Shown here one piece after another: positions 37,972 to 48,585 of a DNA stretch of 64,000 nucleotides. Every line of letters starts with the position of its first letter. Position 1 is the stretch's first letter. The translations under genes and the position numbers were made by a program. Source of the DNA: an uncultured delta proteobacterium (GTDB taxonomy: Bacteria > Myxococcota > Myxococcia > Myxococcales > Myxococcaceae); contig CAVQKE010000007.1 in assembly GCA_963713045.1 (NCBI GenBank), positions 384,001 through 448,000 of the forward strand, read 5' to 3'. Below the pieces are notes generated by a model. That model did no database searches and was not told where the DNA came from. It saw nothing but the letters and a program-made list of their open reading frames with translations.

Positions 37972-40515
37972 ATGGCCTCTCCCTACCCCAAAAGCTTCCG
38001 CCGGCCGGTCAGCCCTGTGCTGCGGGCGCTTCGCGTTGCCGGCTTGGTCGTGGGCGGCCTGTTGGTGGCTTGCCTGGTGAGCGGTGCGGTCGCCTATTTC
38101 ATTTTCAGCCGTGGCCTGCCTTCGGTGGAAGCACTGCGGGACTATCGGCCGCCCCAGGTGACGAAGGTGCTGTGCGCCGACGGCAGCCTGTGCGCGGAGT
38201 ACTACCTCGAGCGGCGCACCCTGGTGGACGCCGCGCTGTTGCCGGCCCATGTGCGCAACGCCTTCCTCGCCGCCGAAGACGCGGACTTCTACCGGCACGA
38301 GGGCCTCGACTATTGGGGCATGGTGCGCGCTGGGCTGAAGGCCCTGCGGCCCGGAGGCCGCCTCACCGGCGCCTCCACCATCACCCAGCAGGCCTGCCGA
38401 AACCTCCTCCTGACGCAAGAACGCAAGGTGAGCCGGAAGTTCCGCGAGTGGATTCTCACTCCGCGGATGGAGCGCGCCCTCACCAAGGACCAAATCCTCA
38501 ACCTCTACCTCAACCAAATTAACTTCGGACACAGCCGCTACGGCCTGGAGGAGGCGGCCCTGTTTTATTTTGGAAAGCACGCCGCCCAACTGGACGTGGC
38601 CCAGGCCGCGGTGCTGGCCGGCACCGTGCAACAGCCGGCCCGCATCAATCCCCTCACCTCCCTCACCAAAGCCAAGGGCCGTCAAGCCTACGTGCTGCAG
38701 CAAATGGTGAAGCACGGCTTCCTTTCCGAGGCCGACGCGCACAGCGCCGCTGCCGAGCCGCTGGTGCTGGCGCCGCGGCCGCCACCGGCCGTGGGCCTGT
38801 ACTACGTGGAGGAGATTCGCCGCATGCTGTTTGCCCACTACGGCGAGGCGCAGGTGTTGACCGGCGGGCTGCGGGTGGAGATTGCGATGGACCCCCAGCT
38901 GCAGGCCCTGGCCGAGGACGCGCTGCGGGAGGGACTGCAGACGCTCGACCGGCGGATGGGCTACCGCGGGCCACTCGGGACGCTGGAGGCGCAGCGCTTC
39001 TCCACCTTCCGCCACCTCCTCGAAGGGCGACTGGCGGAGGCTGGCCGGCGCGAGAAGGAAAACTCGCTGGTGGCCGACGTCGGCCCGTTGGTGAGCGCGC
39101 AGGCCCGCTCGGAAGAGGCGGAGGCGGCCGAGGTGGACCCCGAGGGGGAGATGGAGGCGGCGCCGGAGGAGGCGCTGGCCGCGACGGTGCCGCTGCTGCC
39201 GGTGCACGAGGGCCTCACGCTTGCCGGCTATGTGACGCGCGTGGATGACGCCTCCCGCACCGCCACCCTGGACTTTGTCGGACGCAGCGGGGTGCTTTCC
39301 TTCTCGACGGTGGGCTGGGCGCGCGCCCGGGGCGTGGGGAAGTGGACGCCGGCCCCGCAGAAGCTGTCCGACGTGCTGGCCGAAGGCCAGGTGGTGCGGG
39401 TGCGCGTGCTGCAGGCCCCGGCGGCGCCCAAGCCGCTGGAGGTGACACTGGACCAAGTCCCGGAGGTGCAAGGGGCCCTCACCGCCATCGACCCAGTCAC
39501 CCGGCGCGTCCTGGCCCTCGCCGGCGGCTATGACTTTCGCCTCTCCCCGTTTAACCGCGCCACCCAGGCGCACCGTCAGCCGGGCTCCTCCTTCAAGCCT
39601 TTCCTGTATGCGGCAGCCCTGCAGAGCCAGCGCTTTACCGCGGTGAGTGTCCTCAACGACGCCCCGGAGGCGGTGCGCGACCCCTACACCGGCCGGGTGT
39701 GGAAGCCGCAGAATTACGAACGCACCGGTTTTGAGGGGCCGATGACGGTCCGCCAGGCCCTCACCCGCTCGAAAAACACCGTCTCCGTCCGCCTGATTGA
39801 GGCCCTCACCCCGGCGGTGGCCATTGAATTTGCGCAAAAGGTTGGCATCCACAGCACCATGCCGGACAACCTGACGCTGGCCCTTGGCACCGGGGAAGTC
39901 ACCCAGCTGGAAATTGCAAACGCCTACGCAACTTTCGCCGGCGGAGGCCGCTACGCGGACCCGCTGTTGCTGCTGCGGGTGACGAATGCCTCCGGCACGG
40001 TGCTGGAGGAGCACCAGGCGGCGTTTCAAGACGCCACCTCTCCGGCGGTGGCCTACCTCATCACCTCCCTGATGCGCAGCGTGGTGGAGGAAGGGACGGC
40101 GGCCGCGGTGCGCGACCTCAACCGGCCGGCGGCCGGAAAAACCGGCACCACCAATGAATACCGGGACGCCTGGTTTGACGGCTACACCCCCACCCTGTTG
40201 GCCTCGGCGTGGGTGGGCTTCGACGACCATTCCTCGCTGGGCCCGGGGGAGTCCGGGGCCAAGGCGGCGCTGCCGGTGTGGCTGCGCTTCATGAAGGCCG
40301 CCACCGACAAAACTCCGGTGACGGACTTTGCCGTGCCGCCGGGCGTGACGCTTGTCCGGGTGGACCCCAGCACCGGACTGTTGGCCGGGCCCCACGTGCC
40401 CGGTCGGCAGGAGGCCTTCCTCGACGGCACCGCCCCGACGTCCGAGGCGCCGGCCCCCAACGAGGCCAGCCCGGACCGCTTCCTCATGGAGGACCCGGAC
40501 AAGGGCCACCTGTGA
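37972..40515 (+). CDS. mrcA: Penicillin-binding protein 1A (transglycosylase/transpeptidase)
   Basis: TM anchor, EDADFYRHEG, GASTITQQ, RQPGSSFKP (SxxK), SKN, KTGT. Confidence 0.92.
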   Translation: MASPYPKSFRRPVSPVLRALRVAGLVVGGLLVACLVSGAVAYFIFSRGLPSVEALRDYRPPQVTKVLCADGSLCAEYYLERRTLVDAALLPAHVRNAFLAAEDADFYRHEGLDYWGMVRAGLKALRPGGRLTGASTITQQACRNLLLTQERKVSRKFREWILTPRMERALTKDQILNLYLNQINFGHSRYGLEEAALFYFGKHAAQLDVAQAAVLAGTVQQPARINPLTSLTKAKGRQAYVLQQMVKHGFLSEADAHSAAAEPLVLAPRPPPAVGLYYVEEIRRMLFAHYGEAQVLTGGLRVEIAMDPQLQALAEDALREGLQTLDRRMGYRGPLGTLEAQRFSTFRHLLEGRLAEAGRREKENSLVADVGPLVSAQARSEEAEAAEVDPEGEMEAAPEEALAATVPLLPVHEGLTLAGYVTRVDDASRTATLDFVGRSGVLSFSTVGWARARGVGKWTPAPQKLSDVLAEGQVVRVRVLQAPAAPKPLEVTLDQVPEVQGALTAIDPVTRRVLALAGGYDFRLSPFNRATQAHRQPGSSFKPFLYAAALQSQRFTAVSVLNDAPEAVRDPYTGRVWKPQNYERTGFEGPMTVRQALTRSKNTVSVRLIEALTPAVAIEFAQKVGIHSTMPDNLTLALGTGEVTQLEIANAYATFAGGGRYADPLLLLRVTNASGTVLEEHQAAFQDATSPAVAYLITSLMRSVVEEGTAAAVRDLNRPAAGKTGTTNEYRDAWFDGYTPTLLASAWVGFDDHSSLGPGESGAKAALPVWLRFMKAATDKTPVTDFAVPPGVTLVRVDPSTGLLAGPHVPGRQEAFLDGTAPTSEAPAPNEASPDRFLMEDPDKGHL

Positions 40516-41771
40516 GAGGGCCCCTTCTCGCCCTGTTCCTGGCCCAGGCCCCGGCCCCGGGCGCCTTGGAGGGGCTGGCCGAAGCCATCGCCGGCCAGGT
40601 GCGTGCCGCCGGCGCCACTGCCCCGGTGGCCCTGTCCCTCTCCGCCCCCGGACACCCGGCCCTCCGCCAGGCCTTTGCCACACTGCTGCTGGCCCGCCTC
40701 AGCGGCCTCGGGCTACGGCCGCAGAAGGTGTCGCCGGGGGCCGACGCGGAAGCGCAAGCGCGCGCACGGGGTGCCCGGGCGCTGGTGCGGCTGCGCTTGA
40801 CGCTGGACGGCGGGCTGGACGCCGCCGGGGACGTGCTGCCCACCTGGGACAACTTCTTCTCCGGCCGGGCTTCGCCGTCCGGCCGGCCCGCGGCGGTGCT
40901 GTTTGCCGAGGTGCCGCCAGATGCTGCGGTGCGTGCGCTGGCCCGGGCCGCGGACGCCCCGGCCTTGCTGCTGGAGGCCGCGCCACTGGCTGAATGGCCC
41001 GTCCGGACCGCCGCGCTGGCCGCCGGGGACTTGGACGGCGACGGCCAGCCGGAGTTGGCCGTCCTCACCGAAGTGGCGGTGGAGGTGCGAGGCCGGGACG
41101 GACGGCTGCTCGCCCGGCGCAGCCTGGACAGCCTGCCACCGGCAACGCCGCCCAGCCGCGAGCCCTTCGGCACGCTGTGCATTTGCCAAGGCCTCCTCTA
41201 CGCCTACAGCGCGGCCCGCGCCGTGGGCGAGGTGCTGGCCCTGGAAGGCGCAGCCCTCGTCCCCCGCGCGCCTTTGGCCCAGCCGGTGGTGGCCTGCGGG
41301 CCCCCGCTGCTGGAGGCCTCGCTTCTCCCCGGCGTGGCGCGCCTTCAGCCGGCGGGCCCCGGCTGGCCTGCGCTGCCGGAGGCCCCGGCGGCGTGGGGCA
41401 TCGTCGTCAGGCCTGGGCCGGGCGGGCCCTCCCTCCTCGTGCTTCGGGAGGACGGCACGGCGCTGGCCGGCGCAGCCACCGGCGGCTGGCAGCTTTTGAC
41501 GGGCGTCGGCGCCGGCGCGGCCTTGGCGGACCTCTCCGGGGACGGCGTGCTGCGCGTGGCGGCCAGCTCCGCGCAGCCGCTGCCGGAAAGGGACAGCGTC
41601 CGCCTCCTCGCTGGGGCCACCGGGCGCGAGGAGGGCAGCGTGGAAGTGCCGGGGCGCATTCTTCAGGTGGTGTCGACCGAGTTGGATGCTGACCGCAGTG
41701 AGGCGTTGGTGCTGGGGGTGTGGGTGCCCTCGGGCGGCGCAACGCTGCGGGTGGTGCGGGCGGCGCGGTGA
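40512..41771 (+). CDS. FG-GAP/VCBS repeat protein
   Basis: AAGDLDGDGQPEL and ADLSGDG repeats; GTGA coupling to PBP1A. Confidence 0.7.
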   Translation: MRGPLLALFLAQAPAPGALEGLAEAIAGQVRAAGATAPVALSLSAPGHPALRQAFATLLLARLSGLGLRPQKVSPGADAEAQARARGARALVRLRLTLDGGLDAAGDVLPTWDNFFSGRASPSGRPAAVLFAEVPPDAAVRALARAADAPALLLEAAPLAEWPVRTAALAAGDLDGDGQPELAVLTEVAVEVRGRDGRLLARRSLDSLPPATPPSREPFGTLCICQGLLYAYSAARAVGEVLALEGAALVPRAPLAQPVVACGPPLLEASLLPGVARLQPAGPGWPALPEAPAAWGIVVRPGPGGPSLLVLREDGTALAGAATGGWQLLTGVGAGAALADLSGDGVLRVAASSAQPLPERDSVRLLAGATGREEGSVEVPGRILQVVSTELDADRSEALVLGVWVPSGGATLRVVRAAR

Positions 41772-43144
41772 GGCCCATAACCTTCTTCGCTCTCGGGCTG
41801 CTGGTGCTGGCCGCCGTGCCAGCGGTGGGCGCGGCGCGTGCCCGGTTGGGCGGCACCCTGTCGGTGGGCCTGGTTGGCCTGCGCGCGGCAGCTGACACGG
41901 ATGAGGACAGCCCGGAGGCCACCACCGCCCGGGCGGTGATGGCCCTTCCCTTGTGCCGGCTGCTGCCGGGGCCGGCGCCCCTGCTGGCCACCTTCGAGCG
42001 CGCCGGCAGTGGCCCGTTGGAGGAGGTGCGGGTTGCCCCGCGGCCGACAGCGCGCTTCGCCGACGGAAGTCCGCTGCGCGCCCGCGACGTGGCCGAGGCT
42101 TGGCAGCGGCTTCAGGGCGCAGGGAGTCCCTACCTCGCGCTGCTGCAGCCGGTGGCTGGGCTGGCCGAGGCCCTCGCCTCCGCGATGCAAGCGCCCGACG
42201 GGACACTGCAGCTGCGCCTGGCCTTCCCCTGGCCGGACTTGGAAGCCAGCCTCTGCCACCCGGCCTTCACCCCGTTTCGCCAAACGCCCGGCAGCGCCGA
42301 GGGCGTCGCCCTGTATGCCGGGGCGTCCGCGGGGCACCTGTTGGCTTCGCACAGCGCCCCGGGCGGCCCGCCCTTCCCTGCTGCCCTCGCCTTCTCCTCA
42401 GTCCCGGCGCGCGCCGCCGCGCGCCTCCTCCAGCGCGGCGACGTGCAGGTGGTGTTGGGGGAGGGCGCCGAGGCCTCCGTCCTCCTCTACGCCACCTACC
42501 TGGTGTACGGCCCCCAAGGCCTTCCGGCCGGGGCCCGGGAGGCCCTGGAGGCGGTGGACCTGGAGGCGCTGGTGCGCACCTTCGTCCCTGGGCCGGCGGC
42601 GGCCCTCCACGCGCTGTTGCCACCGGCGCTGGTGGAGATGCCACCCCGGCCTCCCGTCACCCCTTTTCACGCTGCGGCCGGGGCCGCCGTCCGCCCCTTC
42701 ACCCTCGGCTATGTGGCGGGCGTGCCCGAGGCCCGGGCGGTTGCCGAGCGGCTGCAAGTCTTGCTGCATGACGCGGGCTACGCGGTGCGCCTGCACGCGG
42801 ACAGTCCAGCGGGGCTGAGGCAACTGCGGCGCGCCGGGACACTGGACGCGGCCCTCGTCTCGGTGCTGCTGCCCCCGGTGCCCGCGCCCGCACTGGCGCT
42901 GGTGTTGGGGTTGGCCGAAGACGAAGCGCTGCTGCGCCGGGAGCTGCCCGCCCTCGGCGCCGAGGCGGACGCGGCGGCCCGCGCCGCTGTCGTCGCCCAG
43001 CGCGCCCATGCGCTGGCCGCGGGACTGCCGGTGTTGCCGCTGTACGTCCGCGGGCTACGGGCCGGCCTGTCCTCGGCCCTGCTGGACGTCCGCCGCGACG
43101 GCTTTGGCCTGCTTGTCCTGGACGACGCCTGGCTTGGCCGTTGA
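41768..43144 (+). CDS. Peptide ABC transporter substrate-binding-like protein
   Basis: Signal peptide, GGTLSV, ARFADGSPLRARDV (SBP family 5), LPLY; GTGA coupling. Confidence 0.7.
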   Translation: MRPITFFALGLLVLAAVPAVGAARARLGGTLSVGLVGLRAAADTDEDSPEATTARAVMALPLCRLLPGPAPLLATFERAGSGPLEEVRVAPRPTARFADGSPLRARDVAEAWQRLQGAGSPYLALLQPVAGLAEALASAMQAPDGTLQLRLAFPWPDLEASLCHPAFTPFRQTPGSAEGVALYAGASAGHLLASHSAPGGPPFPAALAFSSVPARAAARLLQRGDVQVVLGEGAEASVLLYATYLVYGPQGLPAGAREALEAVDLEALVRTFVPGPAAALHALLPPALVEMPPRPPVTPFHAAAGAAVRPFTLGYVAGVPEARAVAERLQVLLHDAGYAVRLHADSPAGLRQLRRAGTLDAALVSVLLPPVPAPALALVLGLAEDEALLRRELPALGAEADAAARAAVVAQRAHALAAGLPVLPLYVRGLRAGLSSALLDVRRDGFGLLVLDDAWLGR

Positions 43145-43166
43145 AAGGAAGCGGTTGCAACTCGCC

Positions 43167-44807
43167 ATGCGCCTGCGCACCAAACTGGCCCTCGCCTTCG
43201 CTGCCCTGGCGGTGCTGCCCGTCCTCGTCTCCGCGCCCTTCGTCGCCCGGCGGCTGCGCGCGACGTTTAGCCGGCAGTTGCAGCACCGGGGCGAGGCCGC
43301 CTCGGGCCTGGCGGCGGCGGCGGTGCAGCGCCTCCGTGGCCAGCTGACTGAGGCGGTGGCTGCCGCGGCACGGGACAGCGGCGCCGAGGAATTGGCGCGG
43401 GCCGTCCAGGGCCCTGGCCCCCTGCCCCCGCCGGACGCCGTCCGCAGCCTCAGCGAAGGCCGGGGCCTGTCCGTCCTGGCGCTGGTGGACGCTGCCGGTC
43501 GGGTGCGCAACAGCGCGCACTTTGCAGCCCGCGTCGGGGACGTGGACCCGGGGCTTCGCGCCGCCTTGGACGGCGGGGGCCAGCCGGTGCTGGCCGAGGT
43601 GCAGGCCGCTTCCCCGGAGGGGCCTCGCCTCTGGCCAGCCCTGCTGGCGGCGCAGCCGGTGGAGGGCGTGCCCGGCACCTTTGTCGTCGGCGGCGTGCTG
43701 TTGGACGGCCGGCTGGCGGCGCAGCTTGCCGCCCAAAGCGGGGCCGAGGTGGAGCTTCGCCAAGGGGCGGACGTGCTGGGCAGTGGCGGGCATGCCGAGG
43801 GTCGGCTTCTGTGGACGGACGTCCCGCTGGGCTCGGGCGCAGTGGCCCGGGTGGGGGTGGGGGACGCAGCCTCGGCCGAGGCGGAGGCCGCCCTGCTGGG
43901 CGCCCTGGCCGCGGTGGTGGGGGCGGGCCTGCTTTTGGCCCTCGCCCTGGGGGTGCTTCTGGCCGGGCGCACCACCCAGCCGCTGGAAGCCCTGACCCGC
44001 GGGGCGCGGCAGGTGGCCGATGGCCAGTTGGACGCCCGCGTGGAGGTGCGCGCCAGCGGGGAGTTGGGGGTGCTGGTGGACGCCTTCAACCAGATGACGG
44101 CTGCGCTGTCGCGCACCACCCAGGCCCTGGTGAAGGCTGAGCGCATCGCCGCCTGGGAGGAGGTGGCCCGGGGGCTGGCGCACGAGTTGAAAAACCCCCT
44201 CACCCCGCTGCAAATGTCGCTGGAGACGCTGGCCGCGGCGCAGGCGGAAGGCAGCCCGCGCTTTGCGCAGCTTTTCCGCGAGAGCGCGCCGGCGATGCGC
44301 GAGGAGGTGGAGCGCCTCAAGCGCACCGTGGACGCCTTCGCTCGCTTCGCCCGGCTGCCCCCGTCCACCCCCGTCCCCCTGGACTTGGGTGCCTGGGCCG
44401 AGCAAGCCCTCAGCCTGTACCGCGCCTCCGGCGACGTCACCCGCGAGACGTCGCTGGCCCCGGGCCTCGTCGTGCTGGCGGACAGAGACCAGCTGGCGCA
44501 GCTGCTGCACAACCTCCTCAAGAATGCCGAGGAGGCGATGGCCGGCCTGCCGGCCTGGGTGGCGGTGCGGGTCCGCGCAGAGGACAGCTGGGCCTTGCTG
44601 GAAGTGGAAGACGCTGGCCCAGGTGTCAGCGCCGAGGAGGAAGCGCATATTTTCGAGCCGGCCTTCAGCGGCAAGCCGGGCGGCATGGGCCTCGGTCTGG
44701 CCCTTGCTCGGCGCATCGCCACGGAACATCGCGGGACGCTTCAGGTGGCGCGCGGCAGCCGCGGAGGCGCGCGCTTCCAGCTGCGGCTTCCGCGCTTGCC
44801 CGACTGA
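43167..44807 (+). CDS. crdS: HAMP sensor histidine kinase (NtrY-like, CrdS-like)
   Basis: Two TMs, HAMP (GELGVLVDAFNQM), AWEEVARGLAHELKNPLTP, NLLKNA, EDAGPG, GMGLGL; PBP1A-FG-GAP-SBP context as recalled for crdS. Confidence 0.8.
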   Translation: MRLRTKLALAFAALAVLPVLVSAPFVARRLRATFSRQLQHRGEAASGLAAAAVQRLRGQLTEAVAAAARDSGAEELARAVQGPGPLPPPDAVRSLSEGRGLSVLALVDAAGRVRNSAHFAARVGDVDPGLRAALDGGGQPVLAEVQAASPEGPRLWPALLAAQPVEGVPGTFVVGGVLLDGRLAAQLAAQSGAEVELRQGADVLGSGGHAEGRLLWTDVPLGSGAVARVGVGDAASAEAEAALLGALAAVVGAGLLLALALGVLLAGRTTQPLEALTRGARQVADGQLDARVEVRASGELGVLVDAFNQMTAALSRTTQALVKAERIAAWEEVARGLAHELKNPLTPLQMSLETLAAAQAEGSPRFAQLFRESAPAMREEVERLKRTVDAFARFARLPPSTPVPLDLGAWAEQALSLYRASGDVTRETSLAPGLVVLADRDQLAQLLHNLLKNAEEAMAGLPAWVAVRVRAEDSWALLEVEDAGPGVSAEEEAHIFEPAFSGKPGGMGLGLALARRIATEHRGTLQVARGSRGGARFQLRLPRLPD

Positions 44808-44934
44808 AGTGACGACAGCAGTCCCCGCAACCTCCTCAACAACCCCGCCCCGCCCCCGGAGCCGGCAGCCCTCAGCATGACGCCCTCGGCGCCAGTCGCG
44901 TCAGAGTCGCAAGGCGGCCCGCAACGCCCGCGCG

Positions 44935-46761
44935 CTAGTCCTTCACCGGCGTGGCCTTCAGGGCTGCCTTCCCGTCCTTGACGTAGACACTGAAGCGCAC
45001 CGTTCGGCAGCTGTACTTGGAGATGAGCTGCTCGCGGTTTTTCCGCAGCTTCTGGGCGAATCTTTCGTAGGTGAGGCCGTCGGCGGACTCCCCGCACTTG
45101 TCACGCTGGTGGACGAAGTCCCGGTACACTTCATGGAAGTGCTCCTCGTCCGGCGGCGGGGCAGTGCGCGCCCGGGGGGCCGGCGGTGGCCGGGCGGCTT
45201 CCTGCAATAGCTCCGGAGGAATGTCTGCCACTCGGGTGTTGTCGGGAATGGCGTTGGCCCGTGGCCCCACCGCAGCGAAGCCGGCCGGCGGGAGGTTGAA
45301 GTCCGGAAGCTCCGGAATGGGGTAAGCGGTCGTCGGCTGGTGGTCATAATCCAGCGGAGGCGGCGGCGGCGCTGCCCTTGGTGGGGGTGTGAAGCGTCCG
45401 CCAATGGGTGCCGACGGCGTGCGCTGAATGGCGTCCCCTCCGCCGGGCGGAGGCGTCCGCGGGGGGGGCGGCGGAGGCATCGCGTCCAACAGCGCGGACA
45501 GGTCCTCCACCGGCGGCGGCGGGGGAAGGCGGCCCATTGGGACGGGAAGCGGCTCCTCGTCCAGGACGGCGGCACTCAACGCCGAGGGTGCGGCGTCGAA
45601 GACGGAGGAGGCGGCCGTCGGCGGCGGGGACAGGGGCGGAGGAGGCGGCGGCGGGACGGCCTCTTGCACGGCCTCCGGCTCGGGCTCGCTGGGGCGGGGC
45701 ACCGCCACCGGTCTCGGGGCCGGGGTGAGGCGGCGGGGAGGAGGAACGGTGTCCTCGTCGGGGCGGGGCCGGGTGGCGGGCTGCGCGCGGTTCATCCACA
45801 CCGTCGCGCCGGCCAGAAGCACCGCCAGCGCGGCAATGCAGCTGAGGGCGAAGCGCTGCGCGTCGGCCAAGGCCGACATGAAGGGCTCCACCGAGGCCAC
45901 TGCCAACACTTCCACCGGCTGGCCTGGAAGGCTGCGGCGCACGGCCATGCGCAGGGCCGGGTCTGCGCCGCCCGTCCACAGCGGCAGCTTCAACGGGCCC
46001 AGCGCGCCGGCGCTGCCGCGGACCGCGGCGGCACTTTTCCCCACCGGCGTCTCCCGCAGCGCCACCGGCAGCACGCCCCGGTCCGGGCCGCCGGAGGCCG
46101 CCAACTTCCCCCCGCTGACGAAGCCAACCGCCGCCAGCCCCAGTTCCAGAGAGACGCCGTCGGCGGTGCCATCCGGAAGCAGCGGGCCGCCCACCACCAG
46201 CGTGCCCAGGGCATGCCCCTCCTTGTCCGAGCCAGTCAGCGGGACGGAAAAAAACAAGTCGTAGCTGCCAAAGGCGTCCCGCGTCTGCCCGTCGCTGCCC
46301 GCGCCGGCCAGCACGTCCACCTCCACGCCCTGCAGCGTCGCACTCGGGCTTTCTGCGCCCCGCACGTAGGTGCCACCGTTGTCGGTCCGCAGCCCGAGGA
46401 CCAGGACGCTGCGCAGGCTGGTGGAAACGGCGTCCTGGGCCAGCCGTCGCACCGCCCCCATCCGCTCGGCGGCGAGGTCCGCCTTGCCCGCGCGCAGCGC
46501 CTCCAGCGTACTCCACGTGGCCGGTGAGGCCGCCAGCCGCAAGGTGAGGGCCTGCAATTCCGCGCGCCGCGCCGCCACCCGGACGCCCACCGCGTCCACG
46601 GCGCGCGCGGCATAGGCGACGGCCTGCTGCTCGGCCTGAGCGCTTAAGGAGGAGGCGGTGATGGAGAGCTCGGCGAGCCAGAGCACCAGCGCTGGCAACG
46701 CGACGAGCAACGGCCACAGGCGGGGCATCGTTCGTCGAGGCGGGGGAAATGCCTCGTTCAT
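44935..46761 (-). CDS. MXAN_5187-family membrane protein
   Basis: Two TMs, Pro-rich linker, C-terminal EEHFHEVYRDF..CGE..LTYERF..VRFSVYVKDGKAALKATPV. Confidence 0.78.
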   Translation of the reverse strand: MNEAFPPPRRTMPRLWPLLVALPALVLWLAELSITASSLSAQAEQQAVAYAARAVDAVGVRVAARRAELQALTLRLAASPATWSTLEALRAGKADLAAERMGAVRRLAQDAVSTSLRSVLVLGLRTDNGGTYVRGAESPSATLQGVEVDVLAGAGSDGQTRDAFGSYDLFFSVPLTGSDKEGHALGTLVVGGPLLPDGTADGVSLELGLAAVGFVSGGKLAASGGPDRGVLPVALRETPVGKSAAAVRGSAGALGPLKLPLWTGGADPALRMAVRRSLPGQPVEVLAVASVEPFMSALADAQRFALSCIAALAVLLAGATVWMNRAQPATRPRPDEDTVPPPRRLTPAPRPVAVPRPSEPEPEAVQEAVPPPPPPPLSPPPTAASSVFDAAPSALSAAVLDEEPLPVPMGRLPPPPPVEDLSALLDAMPPPPPPRTPPPGGGDAIQRTPSAPIGGRFTPPPRAAPPPPPLDYDHQPTTAYPIPELPDFNLPPAGFAAVGPRANAIPDNTRVADIPPELLQEAARPPPAPRARTAPPPDEEHFHEVYRDFVHQRDKCGESADGLTYERFAQKLRKNREQLISKYSCRTVRFSVYVKDGKAALKATPVKD

Positions 46762-46863
46762 AGGGGCTTATACGCGTCCGGCCCAACGTCCGACAAGCGA
46801 GGGCGCCGCTGCAGCCCAGGCCGGGGGGGCCCCGGCCGGGCCGGCCCCGGGTGCAGCTGGCCC

Positions 46864-47214
46864 CTAGGGCTCGTCCACGGGGAGGTCGGCCAGGGCAACG
46901 CCGCCCGCGTGGTGGTGGTGCTTGTCGACCCAGCGCTTGGCCGCGTGCTCCAGGCGCTCGCACGCCCCCAGCACCGCCCTCCGGACATCATCCGACGTCT
47001 CCTCGACGTGAATGGCCGGTACCCCCGGAAGCCGGAGGGTGACGCGGGCGGATTGGTCCATGCCTCCCTTGGCTGCGTTGGTGTCCACCAGGTGCACCTC
47101 GACGGACACCGACTGCTGCTGGAAAATGCGCAGAGCGCGCTCCAGGTGCACCTCGACGAAGCTGTGCAGCGCCTGGTCCACCTGCAAATGGACACCTCGG
47201 ACAAGCAGTTGCAT
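46864..47214 (-). CDS. HPF/RaiA-family ribosome-associated protein
   Basis: MQLLVRGVHL..VEVHLVDTNAAKGG.D..RV fold pattern; RBS AGGAG. Confidence 0.75.
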   Translation of the reverse strand: MQLLVRGVHLQVDQALHSFVEVHLERALRIFQQQSVSVEVHLVDTNAAKGGMDQSARVTLRLPGVPAIHVEETSDDVRRAVLGACERLEHAAKRWVDKHHHHAGGVALADLPVDEP

Positions 47215-47341
47215 GCGCCCGACTCCTCTCTCATCTGTCCGCCCGGGCAGTATGCGCCAACACCCGCCGCCCGGGCGGCCCTGCCGAGGCGTTTCCGCCG
47301 TGCAGCCCTCAAGGCCCCTGGGCTGCTAGGGTAGGCGCGCC

Positions 47342-47665
47342 ATGGCCGATGACAAGCGCCGCTTCACCCGCATTGCCCAGGTGGATGACCCCCTCACCCT
47401 GGACGCCTACCGGCGGGTCCTGCAGGAGGCCTCCATTCCCGTCCTATCCCTGGATGACGAGGGCATGATGGGGGGGCTGACCGACGGCTTTGGCGGCCGC
47501 CTGTATGAAGTGCAAGTCCCCGAGGAGTTGGCGGCCAAGGCCACCCAGCTTCTCAAAGACGAGCAAGCCCGGCTGGATGCCGACGCCGAGGAAGCCGGTA
47601 AGGCCGCCGAGCGCGAAGAGGCCGAAGGCGAACGCCAGTCGCGGCCTCACCGTCCCAAGCACTAA
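47342..47665 (+). CDS. DUF2007-like small protein
   Basis: LQEASIPV..D..GG..YEVQVPEE.A.KA.QLL pattern. Confidence 0.65.
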   Translation: MADDKRRFTRIAQVDDPLTLDAYRRVLQEASIPVLSLDDEGMMGGLTDGFGGRLYEVQVPEELAAKATQLLKDEQARLDADAEEAGKAAEREEAEGERQSRPHRPKH

Positions 47666-48507
47666 GCGCCCGCTGGGGCCCGCACTTCCCACAGGCTGAC
47701 TCCCACCAGCTTCCACGCCATTTGGGCCTGTCGGTTGAGGAAGTGGCCGAGCTCCTCGTCCACCACCGCTTTGGCCCCGACGCTGGTTGCATGGCGCAAA
47801 TACGTCTGCCCTCCTCGCTGCACGACAAGACCCAGGTGGCTGATTCGGGTAATGCGCTGGGGCTGGTCCTCGCGCACCACCAGCAGCAGGGTACCGTTTG
47901 GAAAGCCGGGCGCATGGGCCATCACGCGTTGCAGGGGGAGAAGTCCGAAGGGGAAACGCCCGGTGGCGTGGACGGACTCTGGCAGCGCCAGCGCCCGGCC
48001 CTCGGGGCCTTCCCAGCTGCGCCGGTCGAGGACTTTCTCTGCCCGCACGGCGTCCGCACCGCCGAGGGCAGTGGTGACGTCTCGGACGACGCCGGCGCGG
48101 GCGTTTGCCGGCAGCCAGTCCGCCTCCATCAGGTGGTTGCGCGCCTCGTAGGCCACCGTCCCGTCGCGGTAGCGGATGGCGTCCAACACCGAGAGAAGCT
48201 CTTCCGGCCGGCGCGCCAGCGAGAGCGCAATGCTTTCCTCGACGAAGGTGACACAGTCGACTTTGTCGAAGCGCAGGCGCGGGTCCGGGTCAAAGCCCTG
48301 CCCCTCCCCCAACGGGGACAGGTCGTATGCCGTGCCGAGAAACCGCTCACTGGCGGCGAGCAACCGCTGCTGGACAGGCAATGGCTGCAGCTGGACCATC
48401 ACCTGGGAACGGGCAGCGTCGTCCAGCGCACCCCAGGACACGGGCACGGCGGCCCACAAAAGCAAGCGGAAGGCGGGGACGAACAAGGGGCTTCTCGCAA
48501 GAAGCAT
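47662..48507 (-). CDS. DUF1460 / NlpC-P60-like amidase
   Basis: Signal peptide, FLGTAY, VDCVTFVE, RNHLM, SHLGLV, LRHA. Confidence 0.8.
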   Translation of the reverse strand: MLLARSPLFVPAFRLLLWAAVPVSWGALDDAARSQVMVQLQPLPVQQRLLAASERFLGTAYDLSPLGEGQGFDPDPRLRFDKVDCVTFVEESIALSLARRPEELLSVLDAIRYRDGTVAYEARNHLMEADWLPANARAGVVRDVTTALGGADAVRAEKVLDRRSWEGPEGRALALPESVHATGRFPFGLLPLQRVMAHAPGFPNGTLLLVVREDQPQRITRISHLGLVVQRGGQTYLRHATSVGAKAVVDEELGHFLNRQAQMAWKLVGVSLWEVRAPAGA

Positions 48508-48585
48508 CCGATGGGCCGCCAGCCCTGTCCACTGCTGACCGTCTGACTCACCCGCCGGTTGGCTGACCTCTGCACCGGGGCAGCC

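Noticed and set aside
37939..40683. 914-aa antisense ORF, and similar long shadow ORFs (58866-60965, 5179-7167, 10932-12638, 42699-44729)
   Set aside because: Antisense to well-supported genes; expected from high GC3 codon bias; no recognisable motifs
45150..45800. Pro-rich low-complexity DNA as a repeat element
   Set aside because: It encodes the Pro-rich linker of the MXAN_5187-family protein
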